A stretch of DNA of 64,000 nt, from assembly GCA_964247055.1 (NCBI GenBank), contig OZ176052.1, positions 14,322,001 to 14,386,000 of the forward strand. The letters run 5' to 3'. Both the position numbers and the translations under genes were made by a program. Shown here piece after piece: positions 11,042 through 26,800 of the stretch. This DNA comes from Paragordius varius. Taxonomy: Eukaryota; Animalia; Nematomorpha. Under the pieces are notes generated by a model. The model was not told where the DNA came from, ran no database searches, and saw only the letters and a program-made list of their open reading frames with translations. Position 1 is the stretch's first letter. Each line of letters opens with the position of its first letter.

Positions 11042-14000
11042 GGGTGATGATGGAATTACCATAGGGCTACCCACAAAAAATTATGGTGACATCACCTGAT
11101 CAAATTTGGATTTTAGGTAGCCATTTTTATTTTTAAAATCGTATAAAATATATTTTTTAAATATTTAAAAAATTCATAAAAGTTACATTTATACTCCGAT
11201 CTCGAAAATATTTGGGGTGATGATGGAACTACCATAGGGCTACGCAAAAAAAATTATAGTGACATCACCTGATCAAATTTGGATTTTAGGTAACCATTTT
11301 TATTTTTAATATCGTATAAAATAAATTTTTTAAATATTTAAAAAATTCATAAAAATTACATTTATAGTCCGATCCCCAAAATATTTGGGGTGATGATGGA
11401 ACTACCATAGGGCTACCCAAAAAAAATTATAGTGACATCACCTGATCAAATTTGGACTTTAGGTAGCCATTTTTATTTTTAAAATCGTATAAAATAAATT
11501 TTTTAAATATTTAAAAAATTCATAAAAATTACATTTATAGTCCGATCCCCAAAATATTTGGGGTGATGATGGAACTACCATAGGGCTACCCAAAAAAAAT
11601 TATGGTGACATCACCTGATCAAATTTGGATTTTAGGTAGCCATTTTTATTTTTAAAATCGTATAAAATAAATTTTTTAAATATTTAAAAAATTCATAAAA
11701 ATTACATTTATACTCCGATCTCGAAAATATTTGGGGTGATGATGGAACTACCATAGGGCTACCCAAAAAAAATTATGGTGACATCACCTGATCAAATTTG
11801 GATTTTAGGTAGCCATTTTTATTTTTAAAATCGTATAAAATAAATTTTTTAAATATTTAAAAAATTCATAAAAATTACATTTATACTCCGATCTCGAAAA
11901 TATTTGGGGTGATGATGGAACTACCATAGGGCTATGCAAAAAAAATTATGGTGACATCACCTGATCAAATTTGGATTTAAGGTAGCCATTTTTATTTTTA
12001 AAATCGTATAAAATAAATTTTTTTAATATTTAAAAAATTCAAAAAAATTACATTTATACTCCGATCTCGACAATATTTGGGGTGATGATGGAACTACCAT
12101 AGGGCTACCCAAAAAAAATTATGGTGACATCACCTGATCAAATTTGGATTTTAGGTAGCCATTTTTATGTTTAAAATCGTATAAAATAAATTTTTTAAAT
12201 ATTTAAAAAATTCATAAAAATTACATTTATACTCCGATCTCGAAAATATTTGGGGTGATGATGGAACTACCATAGGGCTACCCAAAAAAAATTATGGTGA
12301 TATCACCTGATCAAATTTGGATTTTAGGTAGCCATTTTTATTTTTAAAATTGTATAAAATAAATTTTTTAAATATTTAAAAAATTCATAAAAGTTACATT
12401 TATAGTCCGATCCCCAAAATATTTGTGGTGATGATGGAACTACCATAGGGCTACCCAAAAAAAATTATGGTGACATCACCTGATCAAATTTGGATTTTAG
12501 GTAGCCATTTTTATTTTTAAAATCGTATAAAATAAATTTTTTAAATATTTAAAAAATTCATAAAAATTACATTTATAGTCCGATCCCCAAAATATTTGGG
12601 GTGATGATGGAACAACCATAGGGCTACGCAAAAAAAATTATGGCGACATCACCTGATCAAATTTGGATTTTAGGTAGCCATTTTTATTTTTAATATCGTA
12701 TAAAATAAATTTTTTAAATATTTAAAAAATTCATAAAAATTACATTTATAGTCCGATCCCCAAAATATTTGGGGTGATGATGGAACTACCATAGGGCTAC
12801 CCAAAAAAAATTATAGTGACATCACCTGATCAAATTTGGATTTTAGGTAGCCATTTTTATTTTTAAAATCGTATAAAATAAATTTTTTAAATATTTAAAA
12901 AATTCATAAAAATTACATTTATAGTCCGATCCCCAAAATATTTGGGGTGATGATGGAATTACCATAGGGCTACCCACAAAAAATTATGGTGACATCACCT
13001 GATCAAATTTGGATTTTAGGTAGCCATTTTTATTTTTAAAATCGTATAAAATATATTTTTTAAATATTTAAAAAATTCATAAAAATTACATTTATACTCC
13101 GATCTCGAAAATATTTGGGGTGATGATGGAACTACCATAGGGCTACCCAAAAAAAATTATAGTGACATCACCTGATCAAATTTGGATTTTAGGTAACCAT
13201 TTTTATTTTTAATATCGTATAAAATAAATTTTTTAAATATTTAAAAAATTCATAAAAATTACATTTATAGTCCGATCCCCAAAATATTTGGGGTGATGAT
13301 GGAACTACCATAGGGCTACCCAAAAAAAATTATAGTGACATCACCTGATCAAATTTGGACTTTAGGTAGCCATTTTTATTTTTAAAATCGTATAAAATAA
13401 ATTTTTTAAATATTTAAAAAATTCATAAAAATTACATTTATAGTCCGATCCCCAAAATATTTGGGGTGATGATGGAACTACCATAGGGCTACCCAAAAAA
13501 AATTATGGTGACATCACCTGATCAAATTTGGATTTTGGGTAGCCATTTTTATTTTTAAAATCGTATAAAATAAATTTTTTAAATATTTAAAAAATTCATA
13601 AAAATTACATTTATACTCCGATCTCGAAAATATTTGGGGTGATGATGGAACTACCATAGGGCTACCCAAAAAAAATTATGGTGACATCACCTGATCAAAT
13701 TTGGATTTTAGGTAGCCATTTTTATTTTTAAAATCGTATAAAATAAATTTTTTAAATATTTAAAAAATTCATAAAAATTACATTTATACTCCGATCTCGA
13801 AAATATTTGGGGTGATGATGGAACTACCATAGGGCTATGCAAAAAAAATTATGGTGACATCACCTGATCAAATTTGGATTTAAGGTAGCCATTTTTATTT
13901 TTAAAATCGTATAAAATAAATTTTTTTAATATTTAAAAAATTCAAAAAAATTACATTTATACTCCGATCTCGACAATATTTGGGGTGATGATGGAACTAC

Positions 14001-15193
14001 CATAGGGCTACCCAAAAAAAATTATGGTGACATCACCTGATCAAATTTGGATTTTAGGTAGCCATTTTTATGTTTAAAATCGTATAAAATAAATTTTTTA
14101 AATATTTAAAAAATTCATAAAAATTACATTTATACTCCGATCTCGAAAATATTTGGGGTGATGATGGAACTACCATAGGGCTACCCAAAAAAAATTATGG
14201 TGATATCACCTGATCAAATTTGGATTTTAGGTAGCCATTTTTATTTTTAAAATTGTATAAAATAAATTTTTTAAATATTTAAAAAATTCATAAAAGTTAC
14301 ATTTATAGTCCGATCCCCAAAATATTTGTGGTGATGATGGAACTACCATAGGGCTACCCAAAAAAAATTATGGTGACATCACCTGATCAAATTTGGATTT
14401 TAGGTAGCCATTTTTATTTTTAAAATCGTATAAAATAAATTTTTTAAATATTTAAAAAATTCATAAAAATTACATTTATAGTCCGATCCCCAAAATATTT
14501 GGGGTGATGATGGAACAACCATAGGGCTACGCAAAAAAAATTATGGCGACATCACCTGATCAAATTTGGATTTTAGGTAGCCATTTTTATTTTTAATATC
14601 GTATAAAATAAATTTTTTAAATATTTAAAAAATTCATAAAAATTACATTTATAGTCCGATCCCCAAAATATTTGGGGTGATGATGGAACTACCATAGGGC
14701 TACCCAAAAAAAATTATAGTGACATCACCTGATCAAATTTGGATTTTAGGTAGCCATTTTTATTTTTAAAATCGTATAAAATAAATTTTTTAAATATTTA
14801 AAAAATTCATAAAAATTACATTTATAGTCCGATCCCCAAAATATTTGGGGTGATGATGGAATTACCATAGGGCTACCCACAAAAAATTATGGTGACATCA
14901 CCTGATCAAATTTGGATTTTAGGTAGCCATTTTTATTTTTAAAATCGTATAAAATATATTTTTTAAATATTTAAAAAATTCATAAAAATTACATTTATAC
15001 TCCGATCTCGAAAATATTTGGGGTGATGATGGAACTACCATAGGGCTACCCAAAAAAAATTATAGTGACATCACCTGATCAAATTTGGATTTTAGGTAAC
15101 CATTTTTATTTTTAATATCGTATAAAATAAATTTTTTAAATATTTAAAAAATTCATAAAAATTACATTTATAGTCCGATCCCCAAAATATTTG
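11042..15193. repeat. 11-monomer higher-order tandem repeat (1903 bp), about 2.2 copies
   Basis: GCTATGC+GGATTTAAGG, TTTTATGTTT, GGTGATATCACC (12301/14204), AAATTGTAT+AAAGTTAC+TTTGTGG (12426/14329) and GGACTTT all recur at exactly 1903 bp (11x173). Confidence 0.92.
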
Positions 15194-18100
15194 GGGTGAT
15201 GATGGAACTACCATAGGGCTACCCAAAAAAAATTATAGTGACATCACCTGATCAAATTTGGATTTTAGGTAGCCATTTTTATTTTTAAAATCGTATAAAA
15301 TAAATTTTTTAAATGTTTAAAAAATTCATAAAAATTACATTTATAGTCCGATCCCCAAAATATTTGGGGTGATGATGGAATTACCATAGGGCTACCCAAA
15401 AAAAATTATGGTGACATCACCTGATCAAATTTGGATTTTAGGTAGCCATTTTTATTTTTAAAATCGTATAAAATATATTTTTTAAATATTTAAAAAATTC
15501 ATAAAAATTACATTTATACTCCGATCTCGAAAATATTTGGGGTGATGATGGAACTACCCTAGGGCTACCCAAAAAAAATTATAGTGACATCACCTGATCA
15601 AATTTGGATTTTAGGTAACCATTTTTATTTTTAATATCGTATAAAATAAATTTTTTAAATATTTAAAAAATTCATAAAAATTACATTTATAGTCCGATCC
15701 CCAAAATATTTGGGGTGATGATGGAACTACCATAGGGCTACCCAAAAAAAATTATAGTGACATCACCTGATCAAATTTGGATTTTAGGTAGCCATTTTTA
15801 TTTTTAAAATCGTATAAAATAAATTTTTTAAATATTTAAAAAATTCATAAAAATTACATTTATAGTCCGATCCCCAAAATATTTGGGGTGATGATGGAAC
15901 TACCATAGGGCTACCCACAAAAAATTATGGTGACATCACCTGATCAAATTTGGATTTTAGGTAGCCATTTTTATTTTTAAAATCGTAGAAAATATATTTT
16001 TTAAATATTTAAAAAATTCATAAAAATTACATTTATACTCCGATCTCGAAAATATTTGGGGTGATGATGGAACTACCATAGGGCTACCCAAGAAAAATTA
16101 TAGTGACATCACCTGATCAAATTTGGATTTTAGGTAACCATTTTTATTTTTAATATCGTATAAAATAAATTTTTTAAATATTTAAAAAATTCATAAAAAT
16201 TACATTTATAGTCCGATCCCCAAAATATTTGGGGTGATGATGGAACTACCATAGGGCTACCCAAAAAAAATTATAGTGACATCACCTGATCAAATTTGGA
16301 TTTTAGGTAGCCATTTTTATTTTTAAAATCGTATAAAATAAATTTTTTAAATATTTAAAAAATTCATAAAAAATACATTTATAGTCCGATCCCCAAAATA
16401 TTTGGGGTGATGATGGAACTACCATAGGGCTACCCAAAAAAATTATAGTGACATCACCTGATCAAATTTGGATTTTAGGTAGCCATTTTTATTTTTAAAA
16501 TCGTATAAAATAAATTTTTTAAATATTTAAAAAATTCATAAAAATTACATTTATAGTCCGATCCCCAAAATATTTGGGGTGATGATGGAACAACCATAGG
16601 GCTACGCAAAAAAAATTATGGCGACATCACCTGATCAAATTTGGTTTTTAGGTAGCCATTTTTATTTTTAATATCGTATAAAATAAATTTTTTAAATATT
16701 TAAAAAATTCATAAAAATTACATTTATAGTCCGATCCCCAAAATATTTGGGGTGATGATGGAACTACCATAGGGCTACCCAAAAAAAATTATAGTGACAT
16801 CACCTGATCAAATTTGGATTTTAGGTAGCCATTTTTATTTTTAAAATCGTATAAAATAAATTTTTTAAATATTTAAAAAATTCATAAAAATAACATTTAT
16901 AGTCCGATCCCCAAAATATTTGGGGTGATGATGGAATTACCATAGGGCTACCCACAAAAAATTATAGTGACATCACCTGATCAAAATTGGATTTTAGGTA
17001 GCCATTTTTATTTTTAAAATCGTATAAAATAAATTTTTTAAATATTTAAAAAATTCATAAAAAATACATTTATAGTCCGATCCCCAAAATATTTGGGGTG
17101 ATGATGGAACTACCATAGGGCTACCCAAAAAAATTATAGTGACATCACCTGATCAAATTTGGATTTTAGGTAGCCATTTTTATTTTTAAAATCGTATAAA
17201 ATAAATTTTTTAAATATTTAAAAAATTCATAAAAATTACATTTATAGTCCGATCCCCAAAATATTTGGGGTGATGATGGAATTACCATAGGGCTACCCAA
17301 AAAAAATTATAGTGACATCACCTGATCAAATTTGGATTTTAGGTAACCATTTTTATTTTTAATATCGTATAAAATAAATTTTTTAAATATTTAAAAAATT
17401 CATAAAAATTACATTTATAGTCCGATCCCCAAAATATTTGGGGTGATGATGGAACTACCATAGGGCTACCCAAAAAAAATTATAGTGACATCACCTGATC
17501 AAATTTGGATTTTAGGTAGCCATTTTTATTTTTAAAATCGTATAAAATAAATTTTTTAAATATTTAAAAAATTCATAAAAAATACATTTATAGTCCGATC
17601 CCCAAAATATTTGGGGTGATGATGGAACTACCATAGGGCTACCCAAAAAAATTATAGTGACATCACCTGATCAAATTTGGATTTTAGGTAGCCATTTTTA
17701 TTTTTAAAATCGTATAAAATAAATTTTTTAAATATTTAAAAAATTCATAAAAATTACATTTATAGTCCGATCCCCAAAATATTTGGGGTGATGATGGAAC
17801 AACCATAGGGCTACGCAAAAAAAATTATGGCGACATCACCTGATCAAATTTGGTTTTTAGGTAGCCATTTTTATTTTTAATATCGTATAAAATAAATTTT
17901 TTAAATATTTAAAAAATTCATAAAAATTACATTTATAGTCCGATCCCCAAAATATTTGGGGTGATGATGGAACTACCATAGGGCTACCCAAAAAAAATTA
18001 TAGTGACATCACCTGATCAAATTTGGATTTTAGGTAGCCATTTTTATTTTTAAAATCGTATAAAATAAATTTTTTAAATATTTAAAAAATTCATAAAAAT

Positions 18101-20510
18101 AACATTTATAGTCCGATCCCCAAAATATTTGGGGTGATGATGGAACTACCATAGGGCTACCCAAAAAAAATTATAGTGACATCACCTGATCAAATTTGGA
18201 TTTTAGGTAGCCATTTTTATTTTTAAAATCGTATAAAATAAATTTTTTAAATGTTTAAAAAATTCATAAAAATTACATTTATAGTCCGATCCCCAAAATA
18301 TTTGGGGTGATGATGGAATTACCATAGGGCTACCCAAAAAAAATTATGGTGACATCACCTGATCAAATTTGGATTTTAGGTAGCCATTTTTATTTTTAAA
18401 ATCGTATAAAATATATTTTTTAAATATTTAAAAAATTCATAAAAATTACATTTATACTCCGATCTCGAAAATATTTGGGGTGATGATGGAACTACCCTAG
18501 GGCTACCCAAAAAAAATTATAGTGACATCACCTGATCAAATTTGGATTTTAGGTAACCATTTTTATTTTTAATATCGTATAAAATAAATTTTTTAAATAT
18601 TTAAAAAATTCATAAAAATTACATTTATAGTCCGATCCCCAAAATATTTGGGGTGATGATGGAACTACCATAGGGCTACCCAAAAAAAATTATAGTGACA
18701 TCACCTGATCAAATTTGGATTTTAGGTAGCCATTTTTATTTTTAAAATCGTATAAAATAAATTTTTTAAATATTTAAAAAATTCATAAAAATTACATTTA
18801 TAGTCCGATCCCCAAAATATTTGGGGTGATGATGGAACTACCATAGGGCTACCCACAAAAAATTATGGTGACATCACCTGATCAAATTTGGATTTTAGGT
18901 AGCCATTTTTATTTTTAAAATCGTAGAAAATATATTTTTTAAATATTTAAAAAATTCATAAAAATTACATTTATACTCCGATCTCGAAAATATTTGGGGT
19001 GATGATGGAACTACCATAGGGCTACCCAAGAAAAATTATAGTGACATCACCTGATCAAATTTGGATTTTAGGTAACCATTTTTATTTTTAATATCGTATA
19101 AAATAAATTTTTTAAATATTTAAAAAATTCATAAAAATTACATTTATAGTCCGATCCCCAAAATATTTGGGGTGATGATGGAACTACCATAGGGCTACCC
19201 AAAAAAAATTATAGTGACATCACCTGATCAAATTTGGATTTTAGGTAGCCATTTTTATTTTTAAAATCGTATAAAATAAATTTTTTAAATATTTAAAAAA
19301 TTCATAAAAAATACATTTATAGTCCGATCCCCAAAATATTTGGGGTGATGATGGAACTACCATAGGGCTACCCAAAAAAATTATAGTGACATCACCTGAT
19401 CAAATTTGGATTTTAGGTAGCCATTTTTATTTTTAAAATCGTATAAAATAAATTTTTTAAATATTTAAAAAATTCATAAAAATTACATTTATAGTCCGAT
19501 CCCCAAAATATTTGGGGTGATGATGGAACAACCATAGGGCTACGCAAAAAAAATTATGGCGACATCACCTGATCAAATTTGGTTTTTAGGTAGCCATTTT
19601 TATTTTTAATATCGTATAAAATAAATTTTTTAAATATTTAAAAAATTCATAAAAATTACATTTATAGTCCGATCCCCAAAATATTTGGGGTGATGATGGA
19701 ACTACCATAGGGCTACCCAAAAAAAATTATAGTGACATCACCTGATCAAATTTGGATTTTAGGTAGCCATTTTTATTTTTAAAATCGTATAAAATAAATT
19801 TTTTAAATATTTAAAAAATTCATAAAAATAACATTTATAGTCCGATCCCCAAAATATTTGGGGTGATGATGGAATTACCATAGGGCTACCCACAAAAAAT
19901 TATAGTGACATCACCTGATCAAAATTGGATTTTAGGTAGCCATTTTTATTTTTAAAATCGTATAAAATAAATTTTTTAAATATTTAAAAAATTCATAAAA
20001 AATACATTTATAGTCCGATCCCCAAAATATTTGGGGTGATGATGGAACTACCATAGGGCTACCCAAAAAAATTATAGTGACATCACCTGATCAAATTTGG
20101 ATTTTAGGTAGCCATTTTTATTTTTAAAATCGTATAAAATAAATTTTTTAAATATTTAAAAAATTCATAAAAATTACATTTATAGTCCGATCCCCAAAAT
20201 ATTTGGGGTGATGATGGAATTACCATAGGGCTACCCAAAAAAAATTATAGTGACATCACCTGATCAAATTTGGATTTTAGGTAACCATTTTTATTTTTAA
20301 TATCGTATAAAATAAATTTTTTAAATATTTAAAAAATTCATAAAAATTACATTTATAGTCCGATCCCCAAAATATTTGGGGTGATGATGGAACTACCATA
20401 GGGCTACCCAAAAAAAATTATAGTGACATCACCTGATCAAATTTGGATTTTAGGTAGCCATTTTTATTTTTAAAATCGTATAAAATAAATTTTTTAAATA
20501 TTTAAAAAAT
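15194..20510. repeat. Duplication at a 17-monomer offset (2938 bp; 15194-~17570 vs 18132-~20510) containing an internal 7-monomer (1209 bp) duplication
   Basis: CCCTAGG monomers are at 15540/18478, TCGTAGAAA at 15984/18922, TGGTTTTT at 16643/19581 and CAAAATTGG at 16981/19919. TGGTTTTT and TAACATTT also recur at +1209 (17852, 18100). Confidence 0.88.
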
Positions 20511-20724
20511 TCATAAAAATTACATTTATAGTCCGATCCCCAAAATATTTGGGGTGATGATGGAACTACCATAGGGCTACCCAAAAAAAATTATGGTGAC
20601 ATCACCTGATCAAATTTGGATTTTAGGTAGCCATTTTTATTTTTAAAATCATATAAAATAAATTTTTTAAATATTTAAAAAATTCATAAAAATTACATTT
20701 ATACTCCGATCTCGAAAATATTTG

Positions 20725-23700
20725 GGGTGATGATGGAACTACCATAGGGCTACCCAAAAAAAATTATAGTGACATCACCTGATCAAATTTGGATTTTAGG
20801 TAACCATTTTTATTTTTAATATCGTATAAAATAAATTTTTTAAATATTTAAAAAATTCATAAAAATTACATTTATAGTCCGATCCCCAAAATATTTGGGG
20901 TGATGATGGAACTACCATAGGGCTACCCAAAAAAAATTATAGTGACATCACCTGATCAAATTTGGACTTTAGGTAGCCATTTTTATTTTTAAAATCGTAT
21001 AAAATAAATTTTTTAAATATTTAAAAAATTCATAAAAATTACATTTATAGTCCGATCCCCAAAATATTTGGGGTGATGATGGAACTACCATAGGGCTACC
21101 CAAAAAAAATTATGGTGACATCACCTGATCAAATTTGGATTTTGGGTAGCCATTTTTATTTTTAAAATCGTATAAAATAAATTTTTTAAATATTTAAAAA
21201 ATTCATAAAAATTACATTTATACTCCGATCTCGAAAATATTTGGGGTGATGATGGAACTACCATAGGGCTACCCAAAAAAAATTATGGTGACATCACCTG
21301 ATCAAATTTGGATTTTAGGTAGCCATTTTTATTTTTAAAATCGTATAAAATAAATTTTTTAAATATTTAAAAAATTCATAAAAATTACATTTATACTCCG
21401 ATCTCGAAAATATTTGGGGTGATGATGGAACTACCATAGGGCTATGCAAAAAAAATTATGGTGACATCACCTGATCAAATTTGGATTTAAGGTAGCCATT
21501 TTTATTTTTAAAATCGTATAAAATAAATTTTTTTAATATTTAAAAAATTCAAAAAAATTACATTTATACTCCGATCTCGACAATATTTGGGGTGATGATG
21601 GAACTACCATAGGGCTACCCAAAAAAAATTATGGTGACATCACCTGATCAAATTTGGATTTTAGGTAGCCATTTTTATGTTTAAAATCGTATAAAATAAA
21701 TTTTTTAAATATTTAAAAAATTCATAAAAATTACATTTATACTCCGATCTCGAAAATATTTGGGGTGATGATGGAACTACCATAGGGCTACCCAAAAAAA
21801 ATTATGGTGATATCACCTGATCAAATTTGGATTTTAGGTAGCCATTTTTATTTTTAAAATTGTATAAAATAAATTTTTTAAATATTTAAAAAATTCATAA
21901 AAGTTACATTTATAGTCCGATCCCCAAAATATTTGTGGTGATGATGGAACTACCATAGGGCTACCCAAAAAAAATTATGGTGACATCACCTGATCAAATT
22001 TGGATTTTAGGTAGCCATTTTTATTTTTAAAATCGTATAAAATAAATTTTTTAAATATTTAAAAAATTCATAAAAATTACATTTATAGTCCGATCCCCAA
22101 AATATTTGGGGTGATGATGGAACAACCATAGGGCTACGCAAAAAAAATTATGGCGACATCACCTGATCAAATTTGGATTTTAGGTAGCCATTTTTATTTT
22201 TAATATCGTATAAAATAAATTTTTTAAATATTTAAAAAATTCATAAAAATTACATTTATAGTCCGATCCCCAAAATATTTGGGGTGATGATGGAACTACC
22301 ATAGGGCTACCCAAAAAAAATTATAGTGACATCACCTGATCAAATTTGGATTTTAGGTAGCCATTTTTATTTTTAAAATCGTATAAAATAAATTTTTTAA
22401 ATATTTAAAAAATTCATAAAAATTACATTTATAGTCCGATCCCCAAAATATTTGGGGTGATGATGGAATTACCATAGGGCTACCCACAAAAAATTATGGT
22501 GACATCACCTGATCAAATTTGGATTTTAGGTAGCCATTTTTATTTTTAAAATCGTATAAAATATATTTTTTAAATATTTAAAAAATTCATAAAAATTACA
22601 TTTATACTCCGATCTCGAAAATATTTGGGGTGATGATGGAACTACCATAGGGCTACCCAAAAAAAATTATAGTGACATCACCTGATCAAATTTGGATTTT
22701 AGGTAACCATTTTTATTTTTAATATCGTATAAAATAAATTTTTTAAATATTTAAAAAATTCATAAAAATTACATTTATAGTCCGATCCCCAAAATATTTG
22801 GGGTGATGATGGAACTACCATAGGGCTACCCAAAAAAAATTATAGTGACATCACCTGATCAAATTTGGATTTTAGGTAGCCATTTTTATTTTTAAAATCG
22901 TATAAAATAAATTTTTTAAATGTTTAAAAAATTCATAAAAATTACATTTATAGTCCGATCCCCAAAATATTTGGGGTGATGATGGAATTACCATAGGGCT
23001 ACCCAAAAAAAATTATGGTGACATCACCTGATCAAATTTGGATTTTAGGTAGCCATTTTTATTTTTAAAATCGTATAAAATATATTTTTTAAATATTTAA
23101 AAAATTCATAAAAATTACATTTATACTCCGATCTCGAAAATATTTGGGGTGATGATGGAACTACCCTAGGGCTACCCAAAAAAAATTATAGTGACATCAC
23201 CTGATCAAATTTGGATTTTAGGTAACCATTTTTATTTTTAATATCGTATAAAATAAATTTTTTAAATATTTAAAAAATTCATAAAAATTACATTTATAGT
23301 CCGATCCCCAAAATATTTGGGGTGATGATGGAACTACCATAGGGCTACCCAAAAAAAATTATAGTGACATCACCTGATCAAATTTGGATTTTAGGTAGCC
23401 ATTTTTATTTTTAAAATCGTATAAAATAAATTTTTTAAATATTTAAAAAATTCATAAAAATTACATTTATAGTCCGATCCCCAAAATATTTGGGGTGATG
23501 ATGGAACTACCATAGGGCTACCCACAAAAAATTATGGTGACATCACCTGATCAAATTTGGATTTTAGGTAGCCATTTTTATTTTTAAAATCGTAGAAAAT
23601 ATATTTTTTAAATATTTAAAAAATTCATAAAAATTACATTTATACTCCGATCTCGAAAATATTTGGGGTGATGATGGAACTACCATAGGGCTACCCAAGA

Positions 23701-23897
23701 AAAATTATAGTGACATCACCTGATCAAATTTGGATTTTAGGTAACCATTTTTATTTTTAATATCGTATAAAATAAATTTTTTAAATATTTAAAAAATTCA
23801 TAAAAATTACATTTATAGTCCGATCCCCAAAATATTTGGGGTGATGATGGAACTACCATAGGGCTACCCAAAAAAAATTATAGTGACATCACCTGAT
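20725..23897. repeat. Non-adjacent ~3.2-kb copy of 13118-~16290 (offset 7607 bp, 44 monomers)
   Basis: GATTTTGGGT is at 13531/21138, GATATCACC at 14204/21811, the CCCTAGG monomer at 15540/23147 and TCGTAGAAA at 15984/23591. Confidence 0.88.
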
Positions 23898-26800
23898 CAA
23901 AATTGGATTTTAGGTAGCCATTTTTATTTTTAAAATCGTATAAAATAAATTTTTTAAATATTTAAAAAATTCATAAAAAATACATTTATAGTCCGATCCC
24001 CAAAATATTTGGGGTGATGATGGAACCACCATAGGGCTACCCAAAAAAATTATAGTGACATCACCTGATCAAATTTGGATTTTAGGTAGCCATTTTTATT
24101 TTTAAAATCGTATAAAATAAATTTTTTAAATATTTAAAAAATTCATAAAAATTACATTTATAGTCCGATCCCCAAAATATTTGGGGTGATGATGGAATTA
24201 CCATAGGGCTACCCAAAAAAAATTATAGTGACATCACCTGATCAAATTTGGATTTTAGGTAACCATTTTTATTTTTAATATCGTATAAAATAAATTTTTT
24301 AAATATTTAAAAAATTCATAAAAATTACATTTATAGTCCGATCCCCAAAATATTTGGGGTGATGATGGAACTACCATAGGGCTACCCAAAAAAAATTATA
24401 GTGACATCACCTGATCAAATTTGGATTTTAGGTAGCCATTTTTATTTTTAAAATCGTATAAAATAAATTTTTTAAATATTTAAAAAATTCATAAAAATTA
24501 CATTTATAGTCCGATCCCCAAAATATTTGGGGTGATGATGGAACTACCATAGGGCTACCCAAAAAAAATTATGGTGACATCACCTGATCAAATTTGGATT
24601 TTAGGTAGCCATTTTTATTTTTAAAATCATATAAAATAAATTTTTTAAATATTTAAAAAATTCATAAAAATTACATTTATACTCCGATCTCGAAAATATT
24701 TGGGGTGATGATGGAACTACCATAGGGCTACCCAAAAAAATTATAGTGACATCACCTGATCAAATTTGGATTTTAGGTAGCCATTTTTATTTTTAAAATC
24801 GTATAAAATAAATTTTTTAAATATTTAAAAAAATCATAAAAATTACATTTATACTCCGATCCCCAAAATATTTGGGGTGATGATGGAACAACCATAGGGC
24901 TACGCAAAAAAAATTATGGCGACATCACCTGATCAAATTTGGATTTTAGGTAGCCATTTTTATTTTTAATATCGTATAAAATAAATTTTTTAAATATTTA
25001 AAAAATTCATAAAAATTACATTTATAGTCCGATCCCCAAAATATTTGGGGTGATGATGGAACTACCATAGGGCTACCCAAAAAAAATTATAGTGACATCA
25101 CCTGATCAAATTTGGATTTTAGGTAGCCATTTTTATTTTTAAAATCGTATGAAATAAATTTTTTAAATATTTAAAAAATTCATAAAAATTACATTTATAG
25201 TCCGATCCCCAAAATATTTGGGGTGATGATGGAATTACCATAGGGCTACCCACAAAAAATTATGGTGACATCACCTGATCAAATTTGGATTTTAGGTAGC
25301 CATTTTTATTTTTAAAATCGTAGAAAATATATTTTTTAAATATTTAAAAAATTCATAAAAATTACATTTATACTCCGATCTCGAAAATATTTGGGGTGAT
25401 GATGGAACTACCATAGGGCTACCCAAGAAAAATTATAGTGACATCACCTGATCAAATTTGGATTTTAGGTAACCATTTTTATTTTTAATATCGTATAAAA
25501 TAAATTTTTTAAATATTTAAAAAATTCATAAAAATTACATTTATAGTCCGATCCCCAAAATATTTGGGGTGATGATGGAACTACCATAGGGCTACCCAAA
25601 AAAAATTATAGTGACATCACCTGATCAAATTTGGATTTTAGGTAGCCATTTTTATTTTTAAAATCGTATAAAATAAATTTTTTAAATATTTAAAAAATTC
25701 ATAAAAAATACATTTATAGTCCGATCCCCAAAATATTTGGGGTGATGATGGAACTACCATAGGGCTACCCAAAAAAATTATAGTGACATCACCTGATCAA
25801 ATTTGGATTTTAGGTAGCCATTTTTATTTTTAAAATCGTATAAAATAAATTTTTTAAATATTTAAAAAATTCATAAAAATTACATTTATAGTCCGATCCC
25901 CAAAATATTTGGGGTGATGATGGAACAACCATAGGGCTACGCAAAAAAAATTATGGCGACATCACCTGATCAAATTTGGATTTTAGGTAGCCATTTTTAT
26001 TTTTAATATCGTATAATAAATTTTTTAAATATTTAAAAAATTCATAAAAATTACATTTATAGTCCGATCCCCAAAATATTTGGGGTGATGATGGAACTAC
26101 CATAGGGCTACCCAAAAAAAATTATAGTGACATCACCTGATCAAATTTGGATTTTAGGTAGCCATTTTTATTTTTAAAATCGTATAAAATAAATTTTTTA
26201 AATATTTAAAAAATTCATAAAAATTACATTTATAGTCCGATCCCCAAAATATTTGGGGTGATGATGGAATTACCATAGGGCTACCCACAAAAAATTATGG
26301 TGACATCACCTGATCAAATTTGGATTTTAGGTAGCCATTTTTATTTTTAAAATCGTATAAAATATATTTTTTAAATATTTAAAAAATTCATAAAAATTAC
26401 ATTTATACTCCGATCTCGAAAATATTTGGGGTGATGATGGAACTACCATAGGGCTACCCAAGAAAAATTATAGTGACATCACCTGATCAAATTTGGATTT
26501 TAGGTAACCATTTTTATTTTTAATATCGTATAAAATAAATTTTTTAAATATTTAAAAAATTCATAAAAATTACATTTATAGTCCGATCCCCAAAATATTT
26601 GGGGTGATGATGGAACTACCATAGGGCAACCCAAAAAAAATTATAGTGACATCACCTGATCAAATTTGGATTTTAGGTAGCCATTTTTATTTTTAAAATC
26701 GTATAAAATAAATTTTTTAAATATTTAAAAAATTCATAAAAATTACATTTATAGTCCGATCCCCAAAATATTTGGGGTGATGATGGAACTACCATAGGGC

